Translations under genes and position numbers: made by a program
Shown here: in pieces, positions 42,435-50,544 of the stretch
How positions within the stretch are numbered: the stretch's first letter is position 1
Layout of the letters: each line of letters opens with the position of its first letter
Source: an uncultured Pseudomonadota bacterium
Lineage (GTDB): Bacteria; Pseudomonadota; Gammaproteobacteria; Steroidobacterales; Steroidobacteraceae
Assembly: GCA_903910215.1 (NCBI GenBank)
Contig: CAIVYV010000072.1
Span: 1 to 50,647, forward strand
Direction: 5' to 3'
DNA: 50,647 nucleotides
Notes under the pieces: model-generated
What the model was told of the DNA's origin: nothing
Seen by the model: the letters and a program-made list of their open reading frames with translations, nothing else
The model's database searches: none

Positions 42435-44753
42435 TTAAGGCAGGTTCCACACGACGCCGACATTGAGATATCTCGGCAGCCACGATTGGGTTCGGGTCTC
42501 GAGCCCCGTTGGCGCCATGCGCAGATCCGTGCAGCAAGGGTTGCTGCGGTTGGTGGCGTTGTTCACATCGAGCGCGATTTCCAGCAGCCCGATCTTGAGC
42601 GGCTTACGCCAGGAGGCACGGATATCGAGGTTCCATTGCGCTGGCCATCGGGCACGGTTGCGCTCACCTACCACCGGCAGCAGAGCGCCCGAATCGCCGA
42701 TCTGGAATTCGGTGCGACTCCAGCCGGTGCGCCACGAGCCTTGTCCTGAAAGGCTCCATGGGCCACTACGCCAAAGCAATCCGAGCAGCAGCGCATGCTG
42801 TTGGTTCCAGTTACGCGGTACGTCGCTCGTGCCGATATCGTCTTCGACTTCCGACCAAGCGTAATTCAGGAAGCCGGACCAGCTCTCATCCAGCGTATAG
42901 CGACCTGCAAATTCGACTCCGTAGGCGAGTGCGCCATCCGGTGCGATACGACGGCGGTCGATCTCCATCTCCGGAATGAGCGACACCGGGTTGAGCAAAT
43001 TTTCATATCGCGGTGCGGGGTCGTGGATTCGCTTACGGTATGCCTCGACTCGCCATGCTCCGTGGTCTGCCAGAAGTTGTTCGTAGCCGAGCACCCACTG
43101 ATCCGCTTTCTGCACCGGGTGGAAGCTCGTTTCACCATCGGCAACTTGCAGTTCATCGGCGCGTTGACCTTGGGATGTGCGGCCGGCACTGACTCGCAGG
43201 AATCGACCGTCGGCGAGCTCGTATTCCATAGCCAATCGAGGCGACCAGTCGATAGCATTGCTTGGTTGGTTGCGCTGATCAGCGCGAATGCCAAAATCGA
43301 GACGCCATGCCGACGAGAGTGTGATGAGCTTCGAGGCGTAAGCTGAGACCGAACGAGTCTCTGCATCGACGAGAATCCGTCGCTCAAGGTTAGGCGCGCG
43401 GTTGAAAGCAGTCGATAGTGACGAATCAAAGTTCGCTCGTATCGAGTGATCGTAACGAGTATTCAAGTTCAGTATTTCAGCGCCGATTGACCATGAACCT
43501 GGCCTCTGCCAAGCAAGGTCAAAATAATATCCGTCGGTTTGTCGATCCTCAGCAACCCGGCCGATGGATATCCGCTCGCCTGACCATTCACCGCGGCGAT
43601 CTGCGTGCGAGTCGAATTTGGCAAAGGCCAAAGCTAATCGATGATCGGTGGTCGTGTCGCGTGTCGCCTTGAGCCACAACGTATTGTCACGATAACCGGC
43701 GGTTGACCGCTCGCGATCTTTTCTCGAATCGTCGTTCTGATAATCGAGCTCATCCTGCAGGATCGAAAGCCCGGCCACCAAAGTCCAGTCATCGACAATA
43801 TGCTCTCCTCGGACGAGCAGGTCAGAAAACTCGACTTCGATATTGTCGATATCTACCGCACGCGCGACCCAGCCCGCGCTACTGCTTCTGCCGGCGACTA
43901 GCCAACGGCTTGGCGAGTCGTTGATCTGCGTTTTACCGACCGACATGGCGTGAGCGGCCAGTAATGACAGTCCGATCTCGTGGTGGTTTCCGTTATCGGT
44001 CCTGCGTGGCTGTATATCCATCACGGCGGAAAGACGGTCACCATGACGAACAGGGAAAACGCCGCTGAAAAAATCGAGTGTGTCGATCGTCGCGGGTTCG
44101 ATGCTACCTAGGATCGCTCCATAGTCTTTGAAATGAAATGGAGCGAGTTGTGGTATGCCATCGAAGCGCACAAGCATTTCATCGTCGCTGCCACCGCGCA
44201 CATGAGTTTTGGAGCTGAGCGGAGTGCTCGCGGTGCCAGGGAGCGTGCGCGTCACACGAAGCGCGTCCTCGTTGAGCCCCGCAAGATTCTCGATGTCAGC
44301 GCGGTCGAGCTGTGCAGTAGTCGTCAGCGGCGACTCGCTGGAGTAACGACTCGCATAAATAGCGATCTCCGCGAGCGGTTCGAGATCATAGGGGGAGTCC
44401 GTTGGTTTTGCCGGGTCTAGTGCGGGTAATCGGGTGACGACGAAGAGACCAGGACGAACATTGCGCAGGGTTAATCCATGATTCGCGAGTAAGCGTAGCG
44501 CCGTGTCGCGCGGATTATCGATGACCGAGTTTTGCGCGACTCTCAGTTCGGTGGTGACCAGTCGATCGCTGAACAAAATGGTGAAGTCGCGCGAGCGCAA
44601 TTGCTTCAGGGCGGTAGCCAAGCTCGTTCCGGATGGAATGAACGTGACCGGTGTCGAGGCGAGAGCGATGTGGGGGTGCAGGCCGAACGTCGATACGAGC
44701 AAAGACCAGATGAGCAAAGACCATATAACGGGCCGGAGTTTCACCTGGCGCAT
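42435..44753 (-). CDS. TonB-dependent receptor with an N-terminal STN signalling domain (FecA-type transducer)
   Basis: The ATG at 44753 gives a signal peptide. The STN domain reads 'LATALKQLRSRDFTILFSDRLV...GLFVVTR'. The TonB-box-like segment is 'LAEIAIYASRY'. A plug and a long beta-barrel follow. It lies directly downstream of fecR. Confidence 0.88.
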   Translation of the reverse strand: MRQVKLRPVIWSLLIWSLLVSTFGLHPHIALASTPVTFIPSGTSLATALKQLRSRDFTILFSDRLVTTELRVAQNSVIDNPRDTALRLLANHGLTLRNVRPGLFVVTRLPALDPAKPTDSPYDLEPLAEIAIYASRYSSESPLTTTAQLDRADIENLAGLNEDALRVTRTLPGTASTPLSSKTHVRGGSDDEMLVRFDGIPQLAPFHFKDYGAILGSIEPATIDTLDFFSGVFPVRHGDRLSAVMDIQPRRTDNGNHHEIGLSLLAAHAMSVGKTQINDSPSRWLVAGRSSSAGWVARAVDIDNIEVEFSDLLVRGEHIVDDWTLVAGLSILQDELDYQNDDSRKDRERSTAGYRDNTLWLKATRDTTTDHRLALAFAKFDSHADRRGEWSGERISIGRVAEDRQTDGYYFDLAWQRPGSWSIGAEILNLNTRYDHSIRANFDSSLSTAFNRAPNLERRILVDAETRSVSAYASKLITLSSAWRLDFGIRADQRNQPSNAIDWSPRLAMEYELADGRFLRVSAGRTSQGQRADELQVADGETSFHPVQKADQWVLGYEQLLADHGAWRVEAYRKRIHDPAPRYENLLNPVSLIPEMEIDRRRIAPDGALAYGVEFAGRYTLDESWSGFLNYAWSEVEDDIGTSDVPRNWNQQHALLLGLLWRSGPWSLSGQGSWRTGWSRTEFQIGDSGALLPVVGERNRARWPAQWNLDIRASWRKPLKIGLLEIALDVNNATNRSNPCCTDLRMAPTGLETRTQSWLPRYLNVGVVWNLP

Positions 44754-44776
44754 TATAAAGATATCAGGACCGATGC

Positions 44777-45730
44777 TTACGGCTTGCTGATAAGGACCTC
44801 TCCGTCGCGACGCGACACGTCGAGTTCGACGGCGACCGCGATTGCCGCGAGCGCATCGTCGGGTGTAAGACCGGTGACGCTCCCATTCAAGCGGATATCC
44901 GGGTCGGCATTCTGCAAGGTGACGCGGTGACCGGTTTCTCGCTCGTACCACGCGAGGAACGTTCCGAGGCTGACGCCATCAATATCGATAGGTGAGGGGA
45001 CTGTTTCGATCCAGCTCCAGCGTTCATCAGTGGCCGAAACGCTCGTGCGTTCGATGGCTTGAGGGTTCGCTACGGTTACGGATAATTGCTCGCCCGCCGC
45101 GGCCGTTGCGAGCGAACGGCGCTCTTCGGGTTTCTGCAGGGCGATCACGCCTTCACGAACCGAGACATGGAGCCGTTCTTGATCGTAGTCGACTAGATAC
45201 TGAGTGCCGAGGTGTTGGATATCACCTAGAGCAGTTTTGACCAGTAAAGTGTTGTTATGCGTGGAGGGGTTCGAGTCGACAAAAATTCGACCCTTGTTGA
45301 GTCGGAGATGACTCTCGTCGCTGAATATCAGTTCGGAATCGGGCGCCGCTCGAACGACGAGACCAGATGCCAGTCGCATCGATAGCGTGGCAGCACCCGT
45401 GTTGATCGTTTGTTCGTTGTAGATGGGCTCGTCGTTATGGAAAGACTCGTCGCCGTGCACCCCCGATATCGTGGCGATCTGCATGCGAGGCGCTTCGGCG
45501 TTTCTTGAAACCCAAAACAATACGCCGGAGAACAGAACGAGCAATACGCTTGCTGCAGTGGCGAACATCCAGCGACGCTTTGGGGTGCGAGTAGTGGCCG
45601 GTTGTTGCTCTGCCAGACCTGCTTTCCACTCGGTGCGAATGCGCTCAAACGCAGCCTCGCGACGATCCGTTGGAATGCGAGGCGCATCCCGCAAAGGGCG
45701 CAGCGCTTTCTGGATCTCTTCGTCGTTCAT
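44777..45730 (-). CDS. FecR-family transmembrane anti-sigma factor / sensor
   Basis: It has a short cytoplasmic N-terminus, one TM segment ('WMFATAASVLLVLFSGVLFWV'), a periplasmic FecR domain and a C-terminal STN-like domain ('LGTFLAWYERETGHRVTL'). Confidence 0.85.
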   Translation of the reverse strand: MNDEEIQKALRPLRDAPRIPTDRREAAFERIRTEWKAGLAEQQPATTRTPKRRWMFATAASVLLVLFSGVLFWVSRNAEAPRMQIATISGVHGDESFHNDEPIYNEQTINTGAATLSMRLASGLVVRAAPDSELIFSDESHLRLNKGRIFVDSNPSTHNNTLLVKTALGDIQHLGTQYLVDYDQERLHVSVREGVIALQKPEERRSLATAAAGEQLSVTVANPQAIERTSVSATDERWSWIETVPSPIDIDGVSLGTFLAWYERETGHRVTLQNADPDIRLNGSVTGLTPDDALAAIAVAVELDVSRRDGEVLISKP

Positions 45731-45733
45731 GCC

Positions 45734-46318
45734 CTAGACCTCAAAGCCCGCGGTGTTCGCAGCGGACTTGAACGCCACGCGTGCGCGCTGCAGGCTCGAT
45801 TGAGCGGCATCGTGCGAGACGCCGAGTTTCAATGCGATTTCCTCTGTCGAGAGATCATCGAGATATTTCCACCGTAGCACCTCACCGTAACGGCCCGGCA
45901 GTTGCCGAAGTATCGTATCGATTTGTTCCGTTCGCTCTGCCGAGGCCGTCTGTTCTTCAGGTTCATGCTGCAGGTCGGCGGCATGTTGTTGCGCGGCGCG
46001 TTGTCCCGAAGGATCTGAATCGAGACTGACTTGCCGTGCGGCATCTCGATTCGAGATCTCGAGCAGATCAGCAAGCTCGTTGCGACAGATGCCTGCGAGC
46101 CATGAGAACAGGCTCGACTCACCGCGGAAACCATCGAGCTTTCGAACGGCACGACAGAGCGCCCGCTGCGCCGCCTCTTCGGCAAGGCTGGGCTTGTCGC
46201 GCACCCTCGAGAGGGCGAAGCGGTAAAGGCGATCGAAATACTCATCGAAAAACTCCTTGAAGGCGAGTTCATCACCCGCCAGGAGCCGCTCCACCTGTTT
46301 TTGATCCGAGTTCGACAT
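45734..46318 (-). CDS. ECF-type RNA polymerase sigma factor
   Basis: Region 2 reads 'LLAGDELAFKEFFDEYFDRLYRFAL' and region 4 reads 'LRWKYLDDLSTEEIALKLGVSHDAAQSSLQRAR'. I prefer the ATG at 46318 over the track's GTG at 46387. Confidence 0.88.
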   Translation of the reverse strand: MSNSDQKQVERLLAGDELAFKEFFDEYFDRLYRFALSRVRDKPSLAEEAAQRALCRAVRKLDGFRGESSLFSWLAGICRNELADLLEISNRDAARQVSLDSDPSGQRAAQQHAADLQHEPEEQTASAERTEQIDTILRQLPGRYGEVLRWKYLDDLSTEEIALKLGVSHDAAQSSLQRARVAFKSAANTAGFEV

Positions 46319-46401
46319 TGCGGCTCGGGAGGTTAGACGGCCCGGGGCACTCGGATCAATCGCGGCGATGGATTTCGGGCCGCCCACCTGTCTAACCGGT
46401 C

Positions 46402-46983
46402 ATGAGTGCCATCACTACGCGAATTCTTAAGCAGGGAGCCGGAGCGCCGTTGCGAGGCCGATACGAGCGTCTCATTCGTTCACGGTATGCGCTCGCTCAC
46501 GGTGCCGAGCTTCAGGACTTCATGCCAAATCTACTCGGTTGCGTCGGGGCAGAGGATCAACCGCTCGCGGTCCTCGGTTATCAGAGTGCCGCGGCTGGCT
46601 CCTTATTCCTCGAACAGTATCTCGATTCACCCATCGATCAGATGCTACTGGGTAGGGGTGATGCAGTCGGTTCTGCAGCAAGGCTAGATCGTCACAGAAT
46701 TGTTGAGGTCGGCAACTTTGCCAGTCGAGATCGGGTGGCTACGATGGAATTACTGCAGCAACTGCCGAGCTTTCTCGCCCGGGAAGGGTTCGAATGGCTG
46801 GTTTTCACCGGCACACCGCGAGTATGTGCACTGGTCGCGGGCTTCGGTGCGCCGCTGCTTGATCTCGGCAGAGCAGACCCTGCGAGGCTGCAAAGCGGTG
46901 CCGCCCGTTGGGGCCGTTATTATGAGAGCACCCCGCGCGTCATGGCGGGTTGGCTGGGTCATTGCGCGCAGGTGGCCGCGTGA
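46402..46983 (+). CDS. 'Thermostable hemolysin' family protein (GNAT-fold acyltransferase-like)
   Basis: The 193-aa protein contains 'RYERLIRSRYALAHGAELQDFMPNLLG...LFLEQYLDSPIDQ...EVGNFAS', which matches my recollection of the T_hemolysin family. This was not verified by a search. Confidence 0.6.
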   Translation: MSAITTRILKQGAGAPLRGRYERLIRSRYALAHGAELQDFMPNLLGCVGAEDQPLAVLGYQSAAAGSLFLEQYLDSPIDQMLLGRGDAVGSAARLDRHRIVEVGNFASRDRVATMELLQQLPSFLAREGFEWLVFTGTPRVCALVAGFGAPLLDLGRADPARLQSGAARWGRYYESTPRVMAGWLGHCAQVAA

Positions 46984-48428
46984 GCGTCGCGTTTCAAGAT
47001 GCACGGGGCACGCTCACGAGCGATGAACTGGTCGATACAGAGGCGCAAGCATCAGCATGGGTGGCGAAAACGCCAGATGCATCGGTGCGCTACGGGCTCT
47101 TTGCCGACAACGGCATCGCCTGGGCGATCGTCGATCGTGCCTTGCATCGCAGCTCTTTCGTCAATGTACCGCTGCCCCGTCACTTCAGTGAGTCGCAACT
47201 GGCCCACGTGGTTGAAGACGCCGCTCTTGATCGAGTCATCACGGATGATCCCGACAAGCTAAATCATCTTCCCGGTGATTGGCGTCGGCTCGACGATGAA
47301 TTCCTGGGGCTGCAGTGCTGGGCGCGATCAATTGCATCGCAGCAAAGTCGATTGCTACCGCCTGCGACCTCCAAGATTACCTACACCTCGGGCAGCACCG
47401 GAAATCCGAAAGGCGTTTGCTTGTCGCGTGCAGCAATGGACTCGGTCGTGAATTCGTTGGTCGGTGTGTTGCGACCACTTGCCGTGCGTCGCCATCTGTC
47501 TCTCCTCCCGTTGTCGACTTTGCTCGATAACCTCGTGAGTGTTCAGGTCGCGCCGGCGCTCGGTGCTACGGTTTTGCTGCCGTCCTTGGGTGAAACCGGC
47601 ATCGGCTATGGTGGAATCGACATCCAGCGAATGTTGTCTTGTATTGATCGTTATTCGCCTGAAAGTCTTTTGTTGGTTCCAGAGTTATTGCGAGTGCTGG
47701 TGGCGTCAGTCACAAAAGGCTGGCGTGCACCAACTAATCTCAAGTTCATCGCCGTCGGAGGAGCGTCTGTTTCTCCGGAGCTCTTGACGGCGGCCCATGC
47801 CGTCGGATTGCCCGCTTACGAAGGCTACGGCCTGAGTGAGTGCGCCTCCGTGGTGGCGTTGAACTCGCCCGCTGCCGCGCACAAGGGCAGTGTGGGGCGC
47901 GTTCTACCGCATGCCCGGATTCGAATCGACGCGGCCGGTGAGATTCACGTCCGTGGCGCGACGATGTCAGGCTACCTCGGAAACGACGATCACGCGCAAG
48001 ATGAGGTGGCTACGGGTGATCTCGGCTTTATCGATGCAGACGGCTTTCTGCATGTACGCGGTCGAAGAAAGAATCTACTGATCACGAGTCTTGGTCGCAA
48101 TGTGTCACCGGAGTGGGTCGAGCGAGAGCTGCTCGCGAGTGGGTACATTGGTCAAGCTGTAGTCTTCGGTGAAGCAAAGCCATTTTTATCCTGTTTGATT
48201 TATCCGAGCAGTCCAATGGTCACTGCGGCAGAGCTTGGCGCAGCGATCGACGCTGCAAATCGCCGACTACCGGACTACGCCCAAGTCCGGCGCTGGGCTT
48301 TGCTACCTCAACCGCTACGCCTTGCGGATGGAACCGTGACTTCCAATGGCCGAACCCGTCGCGACGTGGTGTTTTCGCGCCACCAAAATTTGATTGAGGA
48401 TTTATATGTCGATGCTATCGCCAGTTGA
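46980..48428 (+). CDS. AMP-dependent synthetase/ligase (ANL superfamily)
   Basis: 'TYTSGSTGNPKGV', 'GYGLSEC' and 'TGDLGFIDADGFLHVRGRRKNLL' are present. The GTG at 46980 overlaps the upstream stop (GTGA). The track's TTG at 46950 is an alternative start. Confidence 0.88.
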   Translation: MSVAFQDARGTLTSDELVDTEAQASAWVAKTPDASVRYGLFADNGIAWAIVDRALHRSSFVNVPLPRHFSESQLAHVVEDAALDRVITDDPDKLNHLPGDWRRLDDEFLGLQCWARSIASQQSRLLPPATSKITYTSGSTGNPKGVCLSRAAMDSVVNSLVGVLRPLAVRRHLSLLPLSTLLDNLVSVQVAPALGATVLLPSLGETGIGYGGIDIQRMLSCIDRYSPESLLLVPELLRVLVASVTKGWRAPTNLKFIAVGGASVSPELLTAAHAVGLPAYEGYGLSECASVVALNSPAAAHKGSVGRVLPHARIRIDAAGEIHVRGATMSGYLGNDDHAQDEVATGDLGFIDADGFLHVRGRRKNLLITSLGRNVSPEWVERELLASGYIGQAVVFGEAKPFLSCLIYPSSPMVTAAELGAAIDAANRRLPDYAQVRRWALLPQPLRLADGTVTSNGRTRRDVVFSRHQNLIEDLYVDAIAS

Positions 48429-49080
48429 TGCCTACGGCCGTCTTGCCGACTCCACTCAAAATTCACGAGGTTACTTATTGTCGGCGCCCGTCATCAGACG
48501 AGCCTTGGCAGGTGATGTGACGCGAGACCTTTACGTAGCGTTTCTGACGCAGGCGTATCACCACGTCAAACACACCGTTCCTCTACTCATGGCGGTGGGT
48601 AGTCGGCTCGATGATTCCAAAGATTGGTTGCGCTCAGAGCTGGTTCATTATGTCGAAGAAGAACATGGTCATGAGCAGTGGATCCTGAACGACATCGCCG
48701 CTGCAGGCGGTGATGCAGAGCGCGTGAGACGTTCGAAGCCGCATGTCGAAACGGATGCGATGGTGGCTTATGCCTATGACGTTGCTATGCGACGCAACAC
48801 TGTCGGCTTTTTCGGGATGGTGTTCGTTCTGGAGGGAACGAGTGTTGCGTTGGCTCTCGATGCCGCGAGCCGCATTCAGTCAGCTCTTGAGTTGCCGGAT
48901 CGCGCGTTCAGTTACCTGCGTAGTCACGGCAAGCTGGATCAGGAGCATACACAGCATCTGGCGGGGATCGTCAATCGACTTGATGCCCCATCTGATCACA
49001 TGGCGATCGTCGATTGTGCCAATGCCATGTTCTGGCTCTACGGCAATGTGTTCCGCAGTTTGGAACGAGTGGCCGTATGA
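48406..49080 (+). CDS. Heme-oxygenase-like diiron oxidase/oxygenase (iron-containing redox enzyme family)
   Basis: The protein is all-helical. The ligand pattern comprises 'YVEEEHGHEQW' (ExxH), 'VLEGTS' (E) and 'SHGKLDQEHTQH' (H-x3-D-x2-H). The start overlaps the 3' end of the ligase gene. Confidence 0.7.
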   Translation: MSMLSPVDAYGRLADSTQNSRGYLLSAPVIRRALAGDVTRDLYVAFLTQAYHHVKHTVPLLMAVGSRLDDSKDWLRSELVHYVEEEHGHEQWILNDIAAAGGDAERVRRSKPHVETDAMVAYAYDVAMRRNTVGFFGMVFVLEGTSVALALDAASRIQSALELPDRAFSYLRSHGKLDQEHTQHLAGIVNRLDAPSDHMAIVDCANAMFWLYGNVFRSLERVAV

Positions 49081-49877
49081 GTTCGCCGATTAGGGCGTTG
49101 GTCACCGGCGGTGGCAGCGGGATCGGCGCTGCGATCGCTCGACGATTAGTCGATGAGGGCGCCCGGGTGCTGATCACCGGTCGTGATACTTCAAAACTGC
49201 AAGCAATTGCGTCCGAGGCACCGCAGCAGATCGGCATTCTCGTGGCAGATCTCACGATCGATGCGGACCGAAAGCGAGTCGCCGAATATGCTAGCCACTG
49301 GGATCACGTCGGAATCGATACTCTCATCAACAACGCTGGTACTGGTGGCGCTGGATTTCTGGAGGATTCGAATCCGGCGCAGATCGACGCAGTGCTGCAG
49401 ACCAATCTCATTGCTCCAATCTGCTTGACGCAAGCGTTGCTTGTACATCTGAAGTCGCTGCCAGAGGCACGCATCATCAATATCGGCTCGGTATTTGGCT
49501 ACATCGGCTATCCGTCGCAGGCAGTTTATTCGGCTAGTAAGTTCGGACTACGCGGATTTTCAGAAGCCTTACATCGCGAGCTTGCCGGTACTCGTATCAG
49601 CGTGCAGCATGTTGCGCCGCGGGCGACGCGCACCACCTTAAATTCCAACGCGATGGACGAACTCAATCGCGAGCTCGGCAATCGTATTGATGATCCGGAT
49701 CAAGTGGCGCAAGTGGTGGTCGCCGGCTTGTCGACGCGACGTACCAACAAGGTAATCGGTTGGCCCGAGGCGCTATTCGCAAGGGTCAATGCCGTTCTGC
49801 CATCGCTGGTAGACGGTGCATTAGTAAAACAGCTGCCGGTCATTCGGCGATTCATTCAACGAGGCAATCCATCATGA
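49077..49877 (+). CDS. Short-chain dehydrogenase/reductase
   Basis: 'ALVTGGGSGIGAAIA', 'NNAG' and 'YSASKFGLRGF' (YxxxK) are present. ATGA overlaps occur at both ends. Confidence 0.9.
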   Translation: MSSPIRALVTGGGSGIGAAIARRLVDEGARVLITGRDTSKLQAIASEAPQQIGILVADLTIDADRKRVAEYASHWDHVGIDTLINNAGTGGAGFLEDSNPAQIDAVLQTNLIAPICLTQALLVHLKSLPEARIINIGSVFGYIGYPSQAVYSASKFGLRGFSEALHRELAGTRISVQHVAPRATRTTLNSNAMDELNRELGNRIDDPDQVAQVVVAGLSTRRTNKVIGWPEALFARVNAVLPSLVDGALVKQLPVIRRFIQRGNPS

Positions 49878-50530
49878 AGACTAGTCTTGGGCGCAAAATT
49901 TTCGCGGCGTTGTTGCTACTGGCGGCCGTAGCCCCCGTCGGCGCGGCATCGTTGGATGCGGACTTACTCAACATTCAGCAGACATGGGCCCGCATCAACT
50001 ATTCGACAGCGCCTGCCGACCAAAAAGCGACGGAGTTCGGGCAGTTGGCTACCAAGGCAGCGGCGTTGGCTGCGAGTCAGCCAGGGCGCGCCGAGCCGAT
50101 GGTATGGCACGGCATTGCTCTGTCGAGTCAAGCCGGTGCTAAAGGAGGTCTGGGGGCACTATCGCTGGCGAAGCAAGCACGCGGTGTGTTGGAGTCGTCA
50201 CTGAAGATCGATGCCACGGCGCTCTCCGGTTCGGCTCACACCAGTCTTGGCACTCTGTACCATAAGGTGCCCGGATTCCCCGTCGGATTCGGTGACGATA
50301 AGAAAGCGCGTAAGCATCTCGAGACCGCGCTGAAACTGAACCCCGCCGGTATCGATCCCAATTTTTTCTACGCCGAGTTCCTGCTTGATAAGGGCGAGAC
50401 GGCGCTGGCGATCAAACACTTGAAGATCGCGCAGGCAGCGACGTCACGACCCGGTCGCGAGACGGCAGACGCAGGCCGCCGCCAAGAAATCGCAGCGCTG
50501 CTTGGGAAAGTCGGTTCCGCAGGTCGCTAA
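49874..50530 (+). CDS. Secreted helical-repeat (TPR-like) protein
   Basis: The signal peptide is 'MKTSLGRKIFAALLLLAAVAPVGA'. The helical repeats include 'ARKHLETALKLNPAGIDPNFFYAEFLLDKGETALAIKHLKIA'. Confidence 0.55.
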   Translation: MKTSLGRKIFAALLLLAAVAPVGAASLDADLLNIQQTWARINYSTAPADQKATEFGQLATKAAALAASQPGRAEPMVWHGIALSSQAGAKGGLGALSLAKQARGVLESSLKIDATALSGSAHTSLGTLYHKVPGFPVGFGDDKKARKHLETALKLNPAGIDPNFFYAEFLLDKGETALAIKHLKIAQAATSRPGRETADAGRRQEIAALLGKVGSAGR

Positions 50531-50544
50531 GTCGATTGTCGCTC

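Noticed and set aside
39651-46400. A horizontally acquired island, based on base composition
   Set aside because: Spot counts of a few 60-nt lines gave GC values similar to those of housekeeping genes elsewhere in the window. I cannot compute a sliding-window GC or codon bias profile, so no claim is made. A GC/GC3 and tetranucleotide scan would settle it.
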